A DNA stretch of 61,431 nucleotides, filler included. It is 5 parts of 5 records of this genome, joined end to end, with 100 filler letters (N's around TTAATTAATTAA, not from the genome) between each part and the next. Parts side by side here need not be neighbours in the genome. Positions count along the whole stretch, not along the records: positions 33,073 to 55,036 come from SRR20825010_1390; positions 55,137 to 61,431 come from SRR20825010_1391; 3 more parts are not named here. One strand, 5' to 3'. The notes below the pieces were generated by a model. It did no database searches and was not told where the DNA came from. It saw nothing but the letters and a program-made list of their open reading frames with translations. Positions 46,586 to 56,646 of the stretch are shown here, piece by piece (the first letter of the stretch is position 1; each line of letters starts with the position of its first letter). The translations under genes were made by a program, and so were the position numbers.

Positions 46586-46897
46586 TCAAGGGCAGTAAAT
46601 GTCTTTCAACACCTTCAAAATTTTTGCCGCATTGGGATCGCCAACCCGGTAATAGACTTGCTGCGCTTCCTTGCGCGTTTCCACCAGCCCCTCGTCACGC
46701 AGCTTTGCCAGATGCTGTGACAAGGCCGACATGCCGAGGTCCACTTCCTTAGCCAGCTCACTCACATTTGCTTCTTTATGCACGACCAACGTGCAAAGGA
46801 TCAGCAGACGTTTTTCATTGGCGAGCAGACGCATCATGTTCGCAGCCTCACCCGCACTGGCAGCCAGGTTGGCCATATCATTCTTCGAAATCTGCAT
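46586..46897 (-). CDS. ArsR-family persulfide sensor (BigR/SqrR-like)
   Basis: RLLILC.L and C-terminal IYC cysteine pair; SALSQHLA.LR. Confidence 0.85.
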   Translation of the reverse strand: MQISKNDMANLAASAGEAANMMRLLANEKRLLILCTLVVHKEANVSELAKEVDLGMSALSQHLAKLRDEGLVETRKEAQQVYYRVGDPNAAKILKVLKDIYCP

Positions 46898-46925
46898 TAC
46901 CCATCACGTCTTCTTTTATTTTAAG

Positions 46926-46952
46926 TATTGCTAATTTAGATAATGCTAATAT
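46926..46952. promoter_or_regulatory. AT-rich operator candidate for the ArsR regulator
   Basis: TTAG-N6-CTAA inverted repeat and TATTGCTAAT/TAATGCTAAT direct repeat in the divergent intergenic region. Confidence 0.45.
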
Positions 46953-46989
46953 ATATGTCAAGTGACAGACCGAAAGAGGAGCAACCAGA

Positions 46990-47883
46990 ATGAATGCAGC
47001 ATTAAAACCCGTTATTGAAAGTTTCTTTGACGAAGCCACCAATACCGCGACCTATCTTGTGAGCGACCCGAACACAAAGGCTGCCGCCATTATCGATTCC
47101 GTCCTCGACTATGATCCCCGCTCCGGCAAAGTGACGACAACAAGTGCCGACCGCATTCTAACGGCTGTGGCCGAGCAAGGCTTGAATGTAAGCTGGATCC
47201 TTGAAACTCACGCCCATGCGGACCACCTGAGCGCCGCACAATATCTCAAAGCTCACACGGGAGCGTTGGTAGGCATCGGGATCTACATTGCCGAAGTGCG
47301 CAACATTTTTGATCCGGTCTTTGATCTCGAATCCAGCTCGAGCGAAGCAGACGAATTCGATCATCACTTCCGCGACGGTGAGCATTTCCGGATTGGAGAG
47401 CTCGACGTTGAAGTGCTCGCCACACCGGGCCACACACCGGCCTGCATATCCTACAAAATCGCCGACGCGGTATTTGTCGGGGACACACTATTCATGCCCG
47501 ACTACGGCACGGCGCGAGCAGACTTCCCCGGTGGCGACGCACAGACACTGTATAATTCGATCCAGCGCTTGCTCGCGCTGCCCGACGAGACCCGAGTATT
47601 CCTCTGTCACGACTACAAGGCACCGGGCCGCAATCAATATGTATGGCAAACGTCGATCGGCGAGGAACGCCAACACAATGTTCATGTGCATGAGGGCATT
47701 AGCGCGGATGAATTCATAGCTATGCGTAACAAGCGCGATGCAACATTGGCCGCCCCCACGCTGCTGCTGCCTTCCATTCAGGTCAACATTCACGCGGGCC
47801 ACCTGCCCCGTGCTTCAGATAACGGGAAACGCTATCTCAAAATCCCTCTAACCATTGACGACGAAAAAAGCGCGACCCTTTAA
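46990..47883 (+). CDS. Persulfide dioxygenase (Blh/ETHE1-type MBL fold)
   Basis: ILETHAHADHLSA, TPGHTPAC, GDTLFMPDYGTARADFPGG, LCHDY. Confidence 0.92.
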   Translation: MNAALKPVIESFFDEATNTATYLVSDPNTKAAAIIDSVLDYDPRSGKVTTTSADRILTAVAEQGLNVSWILETHAHADHLSAAQYLKAHTGALVGIGIYIAEVRNIFDPVFDLESSSSEADEFDHHFRDGEHFRIGELDVEVLATPGHTPACISYKIADAVFVGDTLFMPDYGTARADFPGGDAQTLYNSIQRLLALPDETRVFLCHDYKAPGRNQYVWQTSIGEERQHNVHVHEGISADEFIAMRNKRDATLAAPTLLLPSIQVNIHAGHLPRASDNGKRYLKIPLTIDDEKSATL

Positions 47884-47892
47884 GGTCGCGCT
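47864..47892 (-). terminator. Intrinsic terminator (T-tract on the minus strand)
   Basis: AAAAAAGCGCGACC-CTTTAA-GGTCGCGCT. Confidence 0.65.
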
Positions 47893-47944
47893 CCATTCGC
47901 TTCTGCTCTGCCCACGGCACAAGCAACGCCAAAGTCACAAACAC

Positions 47945-48850
47945 TTAATGCGTGGCGTGCGTCTCATGTCCTTCAACCGCGGCCACTAGACCCGGATCAA
48001 TCTTGATCTCATCTTCGGCCGGCACAGCAGCAGGTTCCGCATCTTCTGCAGGCCCGTTTCCATCATGGGCGTTCGATGCAATATGACTTTCCACTTCAGC
48101 AGACGCATCAACCTCGGCATGAGATGTGACCACCTCAAGTTCATCAGTCACAACGTTCGTGTCTTCAGCTTCAGACACTTCGGCGGCGACCAGAGATTCC
48201 ACTTCCTGCAACGGCTCGGATACAACTTTGACTTCATCATCCAGCACAGAAGCATCGGCATGAGAGGGTAGATCTTCGCCGATGACTTCAACGCTATCGA
48301 GTTCAGCAACGCTATCTATTTCCATTTCGGGAGCCATAGCTTTTGCTTCTTCTGCTGCTACCATTGCGACAGCAGTAGCGGCCGGAACGGTAAGCGACGC
48401 CTTGTCAGCCGCCTCTTGTGCAAGACCGAGCCGACGCCAACCGATAAAACGATCAAGGGTTAGAAAATCATCCCGTGACCAGACAAGCGGCGCAAGCGAA
48501 AGTAGGAAAAGCGCGAAGCTTGGTAGAACCATTGTACTCGCTTCAATACTTGTTGGCAGATCAAGTCCACTCTGCGAGACAAAGTAACCCATAGCCGCAA
48601 CCGGCACCGCCAACACGATGGCCTGAACGCTGTAAGAAAAGCCCCGTAAAAAGCCAAGCACCACAAAAATACCGAGCACTGCTCCAAGCACCGCCAGACC
48701 ATTTTGCAAGACAGGCGTGCTGAACAGACCAAAGTAAAGTTTGTCCGACATCTCAATAGCCCGAGCCGTATCCAGCAGTTTGGAGCACGACCACACGACC
48801 AGATAGCCGCCTGTCGCTAGACGGAACAAAAACAACACCAAAGCTCTCAT
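47945..48850 (-). CDS. DoxX-like membrane domain with a long acidic tail
   Basis: RLATG..L.W...K then 4 TM helices; about 150-aa Glu/Asp/Ala/Val-rich low-complexity tail. Confidence 0.6.
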   Translation of the reverse strand: MRALVLFLFRLATGGYLVVWSCSKLLDTARAIEMSDKLYFGLFSTPVLQNGLAVLGAVLGIFVVLGFLRGFSYSVQAIVLAVPVAAMGYFVSQSGLDLPTSIEASTMVLPSFALFLLSLAPLVWSRDDFLTLDRFIGWRRLGLAQEAADKASLTVPAATAVAMVAAEEAKAMAPEMEIDSVAELDSVEVIGEDLPSHADASVLDDEVKVVSEPLQEVESLVAAEVSEAEDTNVVTDELEVVTSHAEVDASAEVESHIASNAHDGNGPAEDAEPAAVPAEDEIKIDPGLVAAVEGHETHATH

Positions 48851-49262
48851 GTCATCCCCCGATAACCCAAAATCAAAAAATCAGCGCGAATGTTGACTGC
48901 ATGATGCTAAGAGCGCCAGCGCGATTTGAATAAATCTGTCTGCAGCACGAAACAAATTGCAACCGTTGCAAAACCGGCTACACGGCTGCCTACATAATGA
49001 ACATTTGATGTCGCAACATGACGCAAACTGCATTGGAAAGTGGCAATGCCAATACCACTTCACGCCCTGGTGAACCGAAAGGGATATTTCCACGTACGAG
49101 TAAAGGTGAAGTCTAAATTACCTCCCCGTAACTGCCTGCCCCCCTGCGACGCATTTGCGCGGATAAAAAGCCCGGTCTGTGCAGCCCGCCCGCCTGTGCT
49201 ATAGCTAATGCCGCCTCACCTTGAGCGCATCCTGTTATCTAATCCGATTAGTCGAGACCGCC

Positions 49263-50936
49263 ATGACCCTTGCCCAAACCAGCCTTTCAACTGCTGATTT
49301 TCTGCCCCTTGCAGCAAAAGCCCTGACCAGCGCGGAATCTCTGCTCGCACACGCACGCGCAGCGGTATCGGCAAAGGTCAGTAAAGATGGCCGCGTTTCT
49401 CCCGCGCTGATCGAACGCGAGCAATTCGCAGTACATGGATTTGCGTGGATGGCCACCTATGTGGAGGCATTGCGCCAACTCAGCGCCTATGCGGCCCGTA
49501 TGGAAGGCGAAGGCCGGCTTGGTGAAATCGAACGACTTATTGTCCAGACCGGCTTTGGCGAATACCTAGGCCAAATGACCGGCGGCATTCCCATGAGCCA
49601 GGGCGAGATTGTGCGTCCCCGAGATCTCGGCATTTCCGAAGAGCACGAAACAGCATTCCTGACCACAGAGGTCAAAGCACTTATCCGCGGCGGCAATACT
49701 AATGAAATGCGCGAACGCATCGCAGAACTCATTGCCGAGAAGGCCGGATCGGCCACTTTTGGCGACGCGGGTCTTGAGGATACTTATGAAGCTATACGTG
49801 AACAAATGCGCCGCTTTGCTGACGCGGAGGTCATCCCTTATGCTCACGACTGGCATCTGAAGGACGAATACATCCCCATGCCCGTCGTCAAGCAGATGGC
49901 TGAGCTTGGCGTTTTCGGCCTAACGATCCCCGAGGAATTCGGTGGGCTTGGCCTTGGCAAAGAATCTATGTGCGTCGTCTCCGAAGAACTTAGCCGCGGC
50001 TATATCGGCGTCGGCTCTCTTGGCACGCGTTCGGAAATTGCAGCCGAACTCATTCTCGGTGGCGGCACGGACGAACAGAAAAGCAAATGGCTACCAAAAA
50101 TTGCAAGCGGTGAGACCCTCCCGACAGCAGTTTTCACCGAACCCAATACAGGCTCCGACCTTGCCAGCCTCAAGACACGTGGCCGCCTTGAAGGTGATGT
50201 CTACAAGGTCACAGGCAACAAGACATGGATCACTCATGCGGCGCGTGCCGATGTAATGACGCTTCTGTGCCGCACCAATGAGGAGCCTGGTTACAAAGGC
50301 TTGTCCATGCTGCTTGCGGAAAAGCCACGCGGTGACGATGACAATCCATTCCCGGCAGATGGTATGACCGGCGGCGAGATTGAAGTTCTCGGCTATCGCG
50401 GCATGAAGGAATTCGAGATCGGTTTCGACGGTTTTGAAGTGAAAGCAGAAAACCTGCTGGGCGGTGCAGAAGGCCAAGGTTTCAAACAGCTCATGCAAAC
50501 ATTTGAGAGCGCCCGCATCCAAACGGCTGCCCGCGCCATTGGCGTGGCCCAATCTGCTCTCGAACTTGGCCTGACCTATGCGCAGGAGCGTATCCAGTTC
50601 TCCAAACCGATTTACAGCTTTCCCCGCGTGTCGGGCAAACTGGTAATGATGGCTGTCGAAATCATGATTGCACGCCAACTGACCTATCACGCCGCACGCG
50701 AAAAGGATGGTGGTCGTCGTTGCGATCTCGAAGCCGGCATGGCGAAACTTCTGGCCGCCCGCGTTGCATGGGCAGCAGCCGACAATGCTCTCCAGATCCA
50801 TGGTGGCAACGGTTTCGCATTGGAATACAAAATCAGCCGTGTTCTTTGCGACGCCCGCATCCTCAATATCTTTGAAGGAGCTGCCGAAATTCAGGCACAG
50901 GTCATCGCGCGTCGTCTTCTCGAAGGTGCTAACTAG
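49263..50936 (+). CDS. mcd: (2S)-methylsuccinyl-CoA dehydrogenase-type acyl-CoA dehydrogenase
   Basis: N-terminal extension (EQFAVHG.AW.ATY), AVFTEPNTGSDL, IEVLGYRGMKE, NIFEGAAEIQ; close to ccr/ecm. Confidence 0.88.
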   Translation: MTLAQTSLSTADFLPLAAKALTSAESLLAHARAAVSAKVSKDGRVSPALIEREQFAVHGFAWMATYVEALRQLSAYAARMEGEGRLGEIERLIVQTGFGEYLGQMTGGIPMSQGEIVRPRDLGISEEHETAFLTTEVKALIRGGNTNEMRERIAELIAEKAGSATFGDAGLEDTYEAIREQMRRFADAEVIPYAHDWHLKDEYIPMPVVKQMAELGVFGLTIPEEFGGLGLGKESMCVVSEELSRGYIGVGSLGTRSEIAAELILGGGTDEQKSKWLPKIASGETLPTAVFTEPNTGSDLASLKTRGRLEGDVYKVTGNKTWITHAARADVMTLLCRTNEEPGYKGLSMLLAEKPRGDDDNPFPADGMTGGEIEVLGYRGMKEFEIGFDGFEVKAENLLGGAEGQGFKQLMQTFESARIQTAARAIGVAQSALELGLTYAQERIQFSKPIYSFPRVSGKLVMMAVEIMIARQLTYHAAREKDGGRRCDLEAGMAKLLAARVAWAAADNALQIHGGNGFALEYKISRVLCDARILNIFEGAAEIQAQVIARRLLEGAN

Positions 50937-50959
50937 TCAACGAGAGAGAAATAATCTCC

Positions 50960-51151
50960 ATGGAACAGATCATGTCCTATCTCGCCCCTATCCTTATGGG
51001 GTTCGTCCTGCTTGTCCTGATTATGGGCCTGCTCAATATGGCGCGCAGTGGTTCAGCATCGACATCACAGACCCTGATGCGCTGGCGTGTCGGATTACAG
51101 TTTCTTGCGGTCATCGCCCTCATGGTCGGCCTTTACCTGTCCTCCTCGTGA
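50960..51151 (+). CDS. Twin transmembrane helix small protein (HIG1-like)
   Basis: GL.NM.R.G....SQ.LMRWRV.LQ. Confidence 0.85.
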   Translation: MEQIMSYLAPILMGFVLLVLIMGLLNMARSGSASTSQTLMRWRVGLQFLAVIALMVGLYLSSS

Positions 51152-51312
51152 GCTAGAACGGCACAAACCCCATACATCTTCCAATAATCGGGAGACAAAT
51201 CAGCCACAGGTCTGATAAAAGTGCCACGTTAACATTGGGCGCTATAGGAAAATTCATTCAAGTTAGGGCACCCTGACAAATGTTTTAATCCGGCCTTTAA
51301 AGGGGGAATCAC

Positions 51313-51861
51313 TTGTTCAAAAACACGCTTGCGTCGGCAGCCATTGCCGTCAGCACATTGATTGCATTCAATGCCCCGGCTCTGGCCGGAGACAGCTTCG
51401 TCGACGAAGTGCGCGTCGGTCTTTACGACCACGATTCAGACTTGCTGCGTGATCGCATCGAAACCAGCGACCCGGACGTAAATATTGAACTGCTGTTCAA
51501 ATCACCGTCATGGCTACAATGGATGGCTCAGCCCCGCATCAATCTTGGCGCCAACATCAATACGGGTAATGGCACTTCCATCGCCTATTCCGGTCTGGTG
51601 TGGAACTACGACTTCACAGAAGCCCTCTTCATCGAAGGCGGCTTCGGTGGCGCGATTCATAATGGTGAAACTGACATCCAAACCCGCGAAAGCCGCAATT
51701 ACGGATGCCGTGTGATGTTTCATGAAAATGTTTCTCTGGGCTATCGCGTTACACCAAATTCAAGCGTCATGCTGACCATGGACCATATGTCCAATGCAGG
51801 CCTTTGCGACAACAATCCCGGCCTGACCGATATCGGTGTTCGCTACGGCTACAAATTCTAA
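51313..51861 (+). CDS. PagL-like lipid A deacylase (acyloxyacyl hydrolase)
   Basis: Signal peptide, beta-barrel pattern, HMSNAG..NPG catalytic motif, C-terminal YKF. Confidence 0.85.
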   Translation: MFKNTLASAAIAVSTLIAFNAPALAGDSFVDEVRVGLYDHDSDLLRDRIETSDPDVNIELLFKSPSWLQWMAQPRINLGANINTGNGTSIAYSGLVWNYDFTEALFIEGGFGGAIHNGETDIQTRESRNYGCRVMFHENVSLGYRVTPNSSVMLTMDHMSNAGLCDNNPGLTDIGVRYGYKF

Positions 51862-51882
51862 GGTCGGCTCCAACATCAATCT

Positions 51883-51914
51883 AAAAAGGGCGCGCTCCGG
51901 CAGCGTCCTTTTTT
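51883..51914. terminator. Intrinsic terminator
   Basis: AAAAAGGGCGC..GCGTCCTTTTTT. Confidence 0.75.
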
Positions 51915-52017
51915 GTATCCACTTCTCAAGAAAAGACACCATAGCTGTCACTTTGCGTCTCTCGCCCCGGAGGACTATTCTCGCCGTCCTTGGCCGACCA
52001 AACTGATACCGACAGAA

Positions 52018-52920
52018 ATGAACAAACCAATGCCCGCAATCTCAGACGCAGAACTGCCAAAAAAATCGGTAACAATTTCCGGGCTATCCATGGCCTATAG
52101 TGAAATGGGCGATCCCGACGGTGATCCGATTGTCTTTCTGCACGGTAATCCCACATCGTCCTATCTCTGGCGCAATGTCATGACGCACCTCAAAGAAGTG
52201 GGACGTTGCATAGCACCAGATCTCATCGGCATGGGCGATAGTGACAAAATCGAACCATCAGGACCAGAACATTACACATTCCGCGAACACCGCCGTTACC
52301 TCGATGCCTTTCTGGAGCATATCGGCGTCGAAAAAAATGTAACACTCGTAATCCACGACTGGGGTTCGGCGCTTGGCTTTGATTGGGCCAACCGAAACCG
52401 GAACAAGGTCAAAGGCATCGCCTATATGGAAGGCATCGTGCGACCGCTCACTTGGGATGAATGGAACCCTGCAGCACGGCGCATTTTTGAAGGCTTCCGC
52501 TCGCCTGAGGGTGAAGCGATGATTCTCGAAAAGAACCTCTTCATCGAAGCGGTTCTACCCGGCTCAATCCTGCGCAAGCTCACCGACAAAGAAATGAACG
52601 TCTATCGCCGACCTTTCGCGCAAGCGGGCGAAGATCGCCGCCCTACTTTGACATGGCCGCGCCAAATTCCACTAGGCGGCACACCCGAGGATGTCGTGGA
52701 ACTCACACAATCCTATGCAAACTGGATGGCGACAAACGATCTGCCTAAACTATTCATCAATGCCGAACCCGGTGCCATTCTCATTGGTGCTCAGCGCGAA
52801 TTCTGCCGCGGCTGGAAAAACCAGACTGAAGTCACAGTAAAGGGGAATCACTTCCTTCAGGAAGACAGCCCGCATGAAATCGGGCAGGCCATTGCGGCAT
52901 GGCGCAAAAGCTGGGCTTGA
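52018..52920 (+). CDS. Haloalkane dehalogenase (HLD-II, DhaA/LinB-like)
   Basis: [42 protein letters not shown] at 52018 or 52030. Confidence 0.92.
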   Translation: MNKPMPAISDAELPKKSVTISGLSMAYSEMGDPDGDPIVFLHGNPTSSYLWRNVMTHLKEVGRCIAPDLIGMGDSDKIEPSGPEHYTFREHRRYLDAFLEHIGVEKNVTLVIHDWGSALGFDWANRNRNKVKGIAYMEGIVRPLTWDEWNPAARRIFEGFRSPEGEAMILEKNLFIEAVLPGSILRKLTDKEMNVYRRPFAQAGEDRRPTLTWPRQIPLGGTPEDVVELTQSYANWMATNDLPKLFINAEPGAILIGAQREFCRGWKNQTEVTVKGNHFLQEDSPHEIGQAIAAWRKSWA

Positions 52921-53098
52921 AAAACTCCAATTGCATTTAGTAAATCTGATACTTCCTGCGACGGAATGAATGGCATCACCACGTATTATTCAATCTGATT
53001 TAACGGGGAACTAAAACTTGCGATCCGTTCGCGCTTGAACGAGATCACAATGCAGGAGAGAGTCCCTCAACAAAACAAATCCAATTCAGGAACAGGAA

Positions 53099-53626
53099 AT
53101 GCAGCAGTCCTATAGCGGTTTCGCCAAGACACTTCACTGGATCATCATGGTTCTAGTGCTACTCATGCTGTATGGCGGCTTTACGTCAGAAGACTTGCCC
53201 AAAGAAGACCGTCTTGGATTTTTTCAGACACATGCCGGGCTCGGCATCATCGTACTTATCCTCATGCTTGTGCGAATTGTATGGCGGCGCAGCCATCCCG
53301 CTCCGGCACTTCCCGAAGGCTTACCCCGCTGGCAGCAGATTGCTTCCAAGGCAACCCATCACGGCCTTTACCTACTTGTCATCGCTCAACCCATTATCGG
53401 CCTGATCATGGTGTCCGCTTCAAAATTTAACCTCAAAGCTTTTGGTTTGTTTGGCTTGCAAATCGCCCCGAATGAAACGGTTCATGAGATTGGCGAAACG
53501 CTTCACGGCGCGAATGCTTGGATCATTACAGCTCTCATCGCGCTTCATGTACTCGCCGCGCTCTATCATCACTTTGTTCGCAAGGACAACGTACTCAAGC
53601 GCATGTTGCCTTTCGTCAAAGCTTGA
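53099..53626 (+). CDS. Cytochrome b561 (YceJ-like)
   Basis: LHW, H..LG, H..LY, LH..LHV.AALYH; AGGA RBS. Confidence 0.9.
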   Translation: MQQSYSGFAKTLHWIIMVLVLLMLYGGFTSEDLPKEDRLGFFQTHAGLGIIVLILMLVRIVWRRSHPAPALPEGLPRWQQIASKATHHGLYLLVIAQPIIGLIMVSASKFNLKAFGLFGLQIAPNETVHEIGETLHGANAWIITALIALHVLAALYHHFVRKDNVLKRMLPFVKA

Positions 53627-53638
53627 GCCGGAAAATTG

Positions 53639-54244
53639 ATGGTTACGCTAAACAAAATCTATACACGCACCGGCGACAAGGGCACGACCGCCCTTGCCAC
53701 CGGCGAGCGTGTGCCCAAACATGCGCTCCGCATCGAAAGCTACGGCACGGTCGATGAAACCAACGCAACAGTGGGACTGGCGCGTCTTCACACCAAGCCC
53801 GACCCGGCTCTTGATGCCATGCTGGCCCGCATCCAGAACGATCTCTTCGATCTGGGAGCCGATCTCGCCACACCGGGCAAAACAGCCCAAGAGTTGGGCT
53901 ATGAGCCGTTACGCATCGTTGACACGCAAGTGAACCGTATTGAGTCGGAAATCGACGAATTGAACGCGCATCTGGACCCTCTGCGCTCCTTCGTCCTGCC
54001 AGGCGGCACACCTGCTGCGGCTGCCCTGCATCTGGCCCGCACCGTCAGCCGCCGCGCCGAAAGATTGATGACGCACCTATCCGAAACCGACGAAACAGGG
54101 GTCAGCGAGGCTGCACTTAAATACATCAACCGCCTCTCCGATTTCTTCTTCGTCGCGGCCCGTTACGTCAATTTACGACCAGCTGGCCCCGACGGTGCCA
54201 CGGGCGAAGGCGACGTGCTCTGGGTTCCGGGGGGCAGCCGCTAG
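53639..54244 (+). CDS. pduO: PduO-type cob(I)alamin adenosyltransferase
   Basis: KIYTRTGDKGTT, YGTVDE.N, QNDLFDLGADL, RTVSRRAER, NRLSD. Confidence 0.95.
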   Translation: MVTLNKIYTRTGDKGTTALATGERVPKHALRIESYGTVDETNATVGLARLHTKPDPALDAMLARIQNDLFDLGADLATPGKTAQELGYEPLRIVDTQVNRIESEIDELNAHLDPLRSFVLPGGTPAAAALHLARTVSRRAERLMTHLSETDETGVSEAALKYINRLSDFFFVAARYVNLRPAGPDGATGEGDVLWVPGGSR

Positions 54245-54448
54245 AAGTTTCCATAAACTGGAAATCGGCTCTGCCAATGAGCAACCGCGACGGCATGTCT
54301 CACACGGGCCTCGATACGCCCCATTTCGTTGACACAAGCCCACGGCGGCTCTAGGTTGCCGCACCGCAACAAGGGCCATATTAACTCCAAATCGGCGTTC
54401 CCGGCCCGAGTTAGAGCCCAAAAAACGCCGCGTAGGGAGCTCACCTCC

Positions 54449-55036
54449 ATGAAAGTTATCGTCCCGATCAAGCGGGTCGTCGATTACAACGTCAAAATCC
54501 GGGTTAAGTCGGATCAGACGGGTGTCGATCTCGCCAATGTCAAAATGTCTATGAACCCTTTCGACGAAATCGCCATTGAAGAGGCTGTTCGCCTGAAAGA
54601 AGCAGGCAAAGTCACCGAAGTCATCGCCGTCTCCATCGGCGTGGCACAGTCCACCGAAACCATCCGTACCGCACTTGCTATGGGCGCTGACCGCGGCATT
54701 CTGGTCAAGACGGACGAAACGGTAGAGCCCCTCAACGTCGCTAAAATCCTCAAAGGTATCATCGAAGCTGAAAAGCCCGACCTTGCCATTCTGGGCAAGC
54801 AGGCCATCGATGATGATTGCAACCAGACAGGCCAGATGCTCGCCGCCCTTCTGGGTTGGCCGCAGGGCACATTTGCTTCCAAAGTCGAATTCGATGGCGA
54901 CAAGCTCATGCTGACGCGCGAAATCGACGGTGGTCTGCAGTCCCTGAAGCTCAACATGCCCGCAGTGATCACCACGGACCTGCGCCTGAACGAGCCGCGT
55001 TATGCATCGCTGCCCAACATCATGAAGGCCAAGAAG
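54449..55036 (+). CDS. etfB: Electron transfer flavoprotein beta subunit, 3' truncated
   Basis: [45 protein letters not shown]. Confidence 0.96.
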
Positions 55037-55136
55037 NNNNNNNNNNNNNNNNNNNNNNNNNNNNNNNNNNNNNNNNNNNNTTAATTAATTAANNNNNNNN
55101 NNNNNNNNNNNNNNNNNNNNNNNNNNNNNNNNNNNN
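55037..55136. other. Artificial contig spacer
   Basis: 44 N + TTAATTAATTAA + 44 N. Confidence 0.99.
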
Positions 55137-55384
55137 CCTTTCCTATATCTACAATGTCAAAGAACTCCTCCTCCGAAGAGGAGAGACAACGAAACCCTGT
55201 TCCGCCTTACCGGCGGCCCGGATATTCCCCGTCTGTGGAAGCCGCGAAGACGATCAACGTTTCGCGAAACCCGAATGTAGGCGAGGCCGCTGCTGGATGC
55301 AAGCCTCTTTTTTGGAGAGGCGTGTCAGCGCTGCGGCGCCGCGAAGTGGGCCGGTGTATAGGACCTCGGGACGGGGCCTGTCAA
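55137..55384 (-). promoter_or_regulatory. rRNA-operon leader: tandem promoters and boxA
   Basis: Minus strand TTGACA-18-TATACA (55384-55355), TTGCAT-17-TACATT (55302-55274), boxA-like GTTCTTTGACATTGT (55165-55151), running into the contig end. Confidence 0.75.
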
Positions 55385-55519
55385 CAGCGAAAAATCCTGA
55401 CAGGCTCCAAATTTGATGGCACTATATATAGCATAAAAATGGCGCAAAAAAACACCCTATAGGGTGTCAACGGTAATTTAGCGCCATTGCTCGGGTCTCT
55501 GAATAAGGAAATAATCGAG

Positions 55520-56077
55520 ATGCAAAGAGGGCGTCACGGCAGAATCAGATCGGCCGCGCTTCCATTGGCCATGCTTGTGACCGGATCAGTCCTGGCGCTT
55601 AGCGCCTGCGTGCCCCCCAATTTCACGCCTTTTGGCCAAACGGTAAGCACCGGCGCGCCTTCGGAAAAGGATGCGGAAACAGGTGGCGCCCAGAAACAGG
55701 ACCGTGGCACCGGCCCACAATTCGCTGAATTCCGCGACATTCCGATTCCGGCCAACGCAGAGATTGATTTCGACAATCTGCTGGTACTTGGTGCCGAGGA
55801 AGGCTGGATCGGCCGTCTTGCCCTGACTGTCGGGCACAAAATGCCGGACATGTATGCCTTCTATGAACGGGAAATGCCGCGTTTCGGATGGATAAAAATC
55901 ACCAGCGTCAGATCTGCCATCAGCACCATGACCTATTCCCGCGGTGACCGCATCGCCTCGATAACGCTACAAAGCCGTACAACAGGCGGGACGAACATCG
56001 ATTTCACGGTCGCGCCGGCCAATCCGCTGGCCGAAAAAAGCGCCCTGCCCCGATCCGCCCCTCCGGCACCGTCTTGA
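55520..56077 (+). CDS. Hypothetical lipoprotein
   Basis: Basic N-terminus, hydrophobic core, lipobox LSAC; DIPIP..WIGRL..FY..EM...GW. Confidence 0.7.
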   Translation: MQRGRHGRIRSAALPLAMLVTGSVLALSACVPPNFTPFGQTVSTGAPSEKDAETGGAQKQDRGTGPQFAEFRDIPIPANAEIDFDNLLVLGAEEGWIGRLALTVGHKMPDMYAFYEREMPRFGWIKITSVRSAISTMTYSRGDRIASITLQSRTTGGTNIDFTVAPANPLAEKSALPRSAPPAPS

Positions 56078-56153
56078 TGACGGGCGCATGACGACACGCA
56101 GTACATGACACCAACCGAGTAACGGTCTTCGGCAGACCGGTGTCCCGTAACCG

Positions 56154-56597
56154 TTACAGGATACCGAGTCGCCGGAGTTCCGCCTGCATCTCATCTGGCA
56201 TGGCAGCGTCTATATCACCGCCCGCTTCATAGAGATCCTGCGGAACGTTTGCCTCTTCCAGATAGCGCCAGCCCTGAAAGGCCCGCTGTGGGCGGGGCAC
56301 CACCCGGACGACCTTCGGGTCGAGGACGATGCCGCAATGCGGCCGTCCCCCTTCCCCCATTTCGACTTCGTCCAGACGCTCTATCCGCTGGCGGGCACGG
56401 ACCTGCCCCTTGATGACCCAATAGAGCGAGCCGCCTTCCAGTATCTCTTCCGCCCGGCGCGGAAAGGACCGCGTACGGTGTGTACTGACCGGCTCCGCAC
56501 CGGATGCTTCCGCATGACGGACCTGCTCCGCGCGATAGTGCTCCAGCTGCTCCACCGTCTCGATCCCGACGCAGAGCTTGATCAGATTAAGGGGCAT
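56154..56597 (-). CDS. DUF1489 family protein
   Basis: LIKLCVG, TR..P.R..E.L.GGSLYWVIKG, FQGWRYL. Confidence 0.9.
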   Translation of the reverse strand: MPLNLIKLCVGIETVEQLEHYRAEQVRHAEASGAEPVSTHRTRSFPRRAEEILEGGSLYWVIKGQVRARQRIERLDEVEMGEGGRPHCGIVLDPKVVRVVPRPQRAFQGWRYLEEANVPQDLYEAGGDIDAAMPDEMQAELRRLGIL

Positions 56598-56646
56598 GGC
56601 TGTTGTCCGCTGGGTCCGGGTCGTGCTGTGTGGCGGTCATGTAGAC

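Noticed and set aside
53035-53048. FNR/FixK-like site TTGAA-N4-ATCAC before cytochrome b561
   Set aside because: Two mismatches to TTGAT-N4-ATCAA; too weak without a matrix score
55154-55462. 102-aa ORF
   Set aside because: Lies antisense across the rRNA promoters and boxA; no protein features
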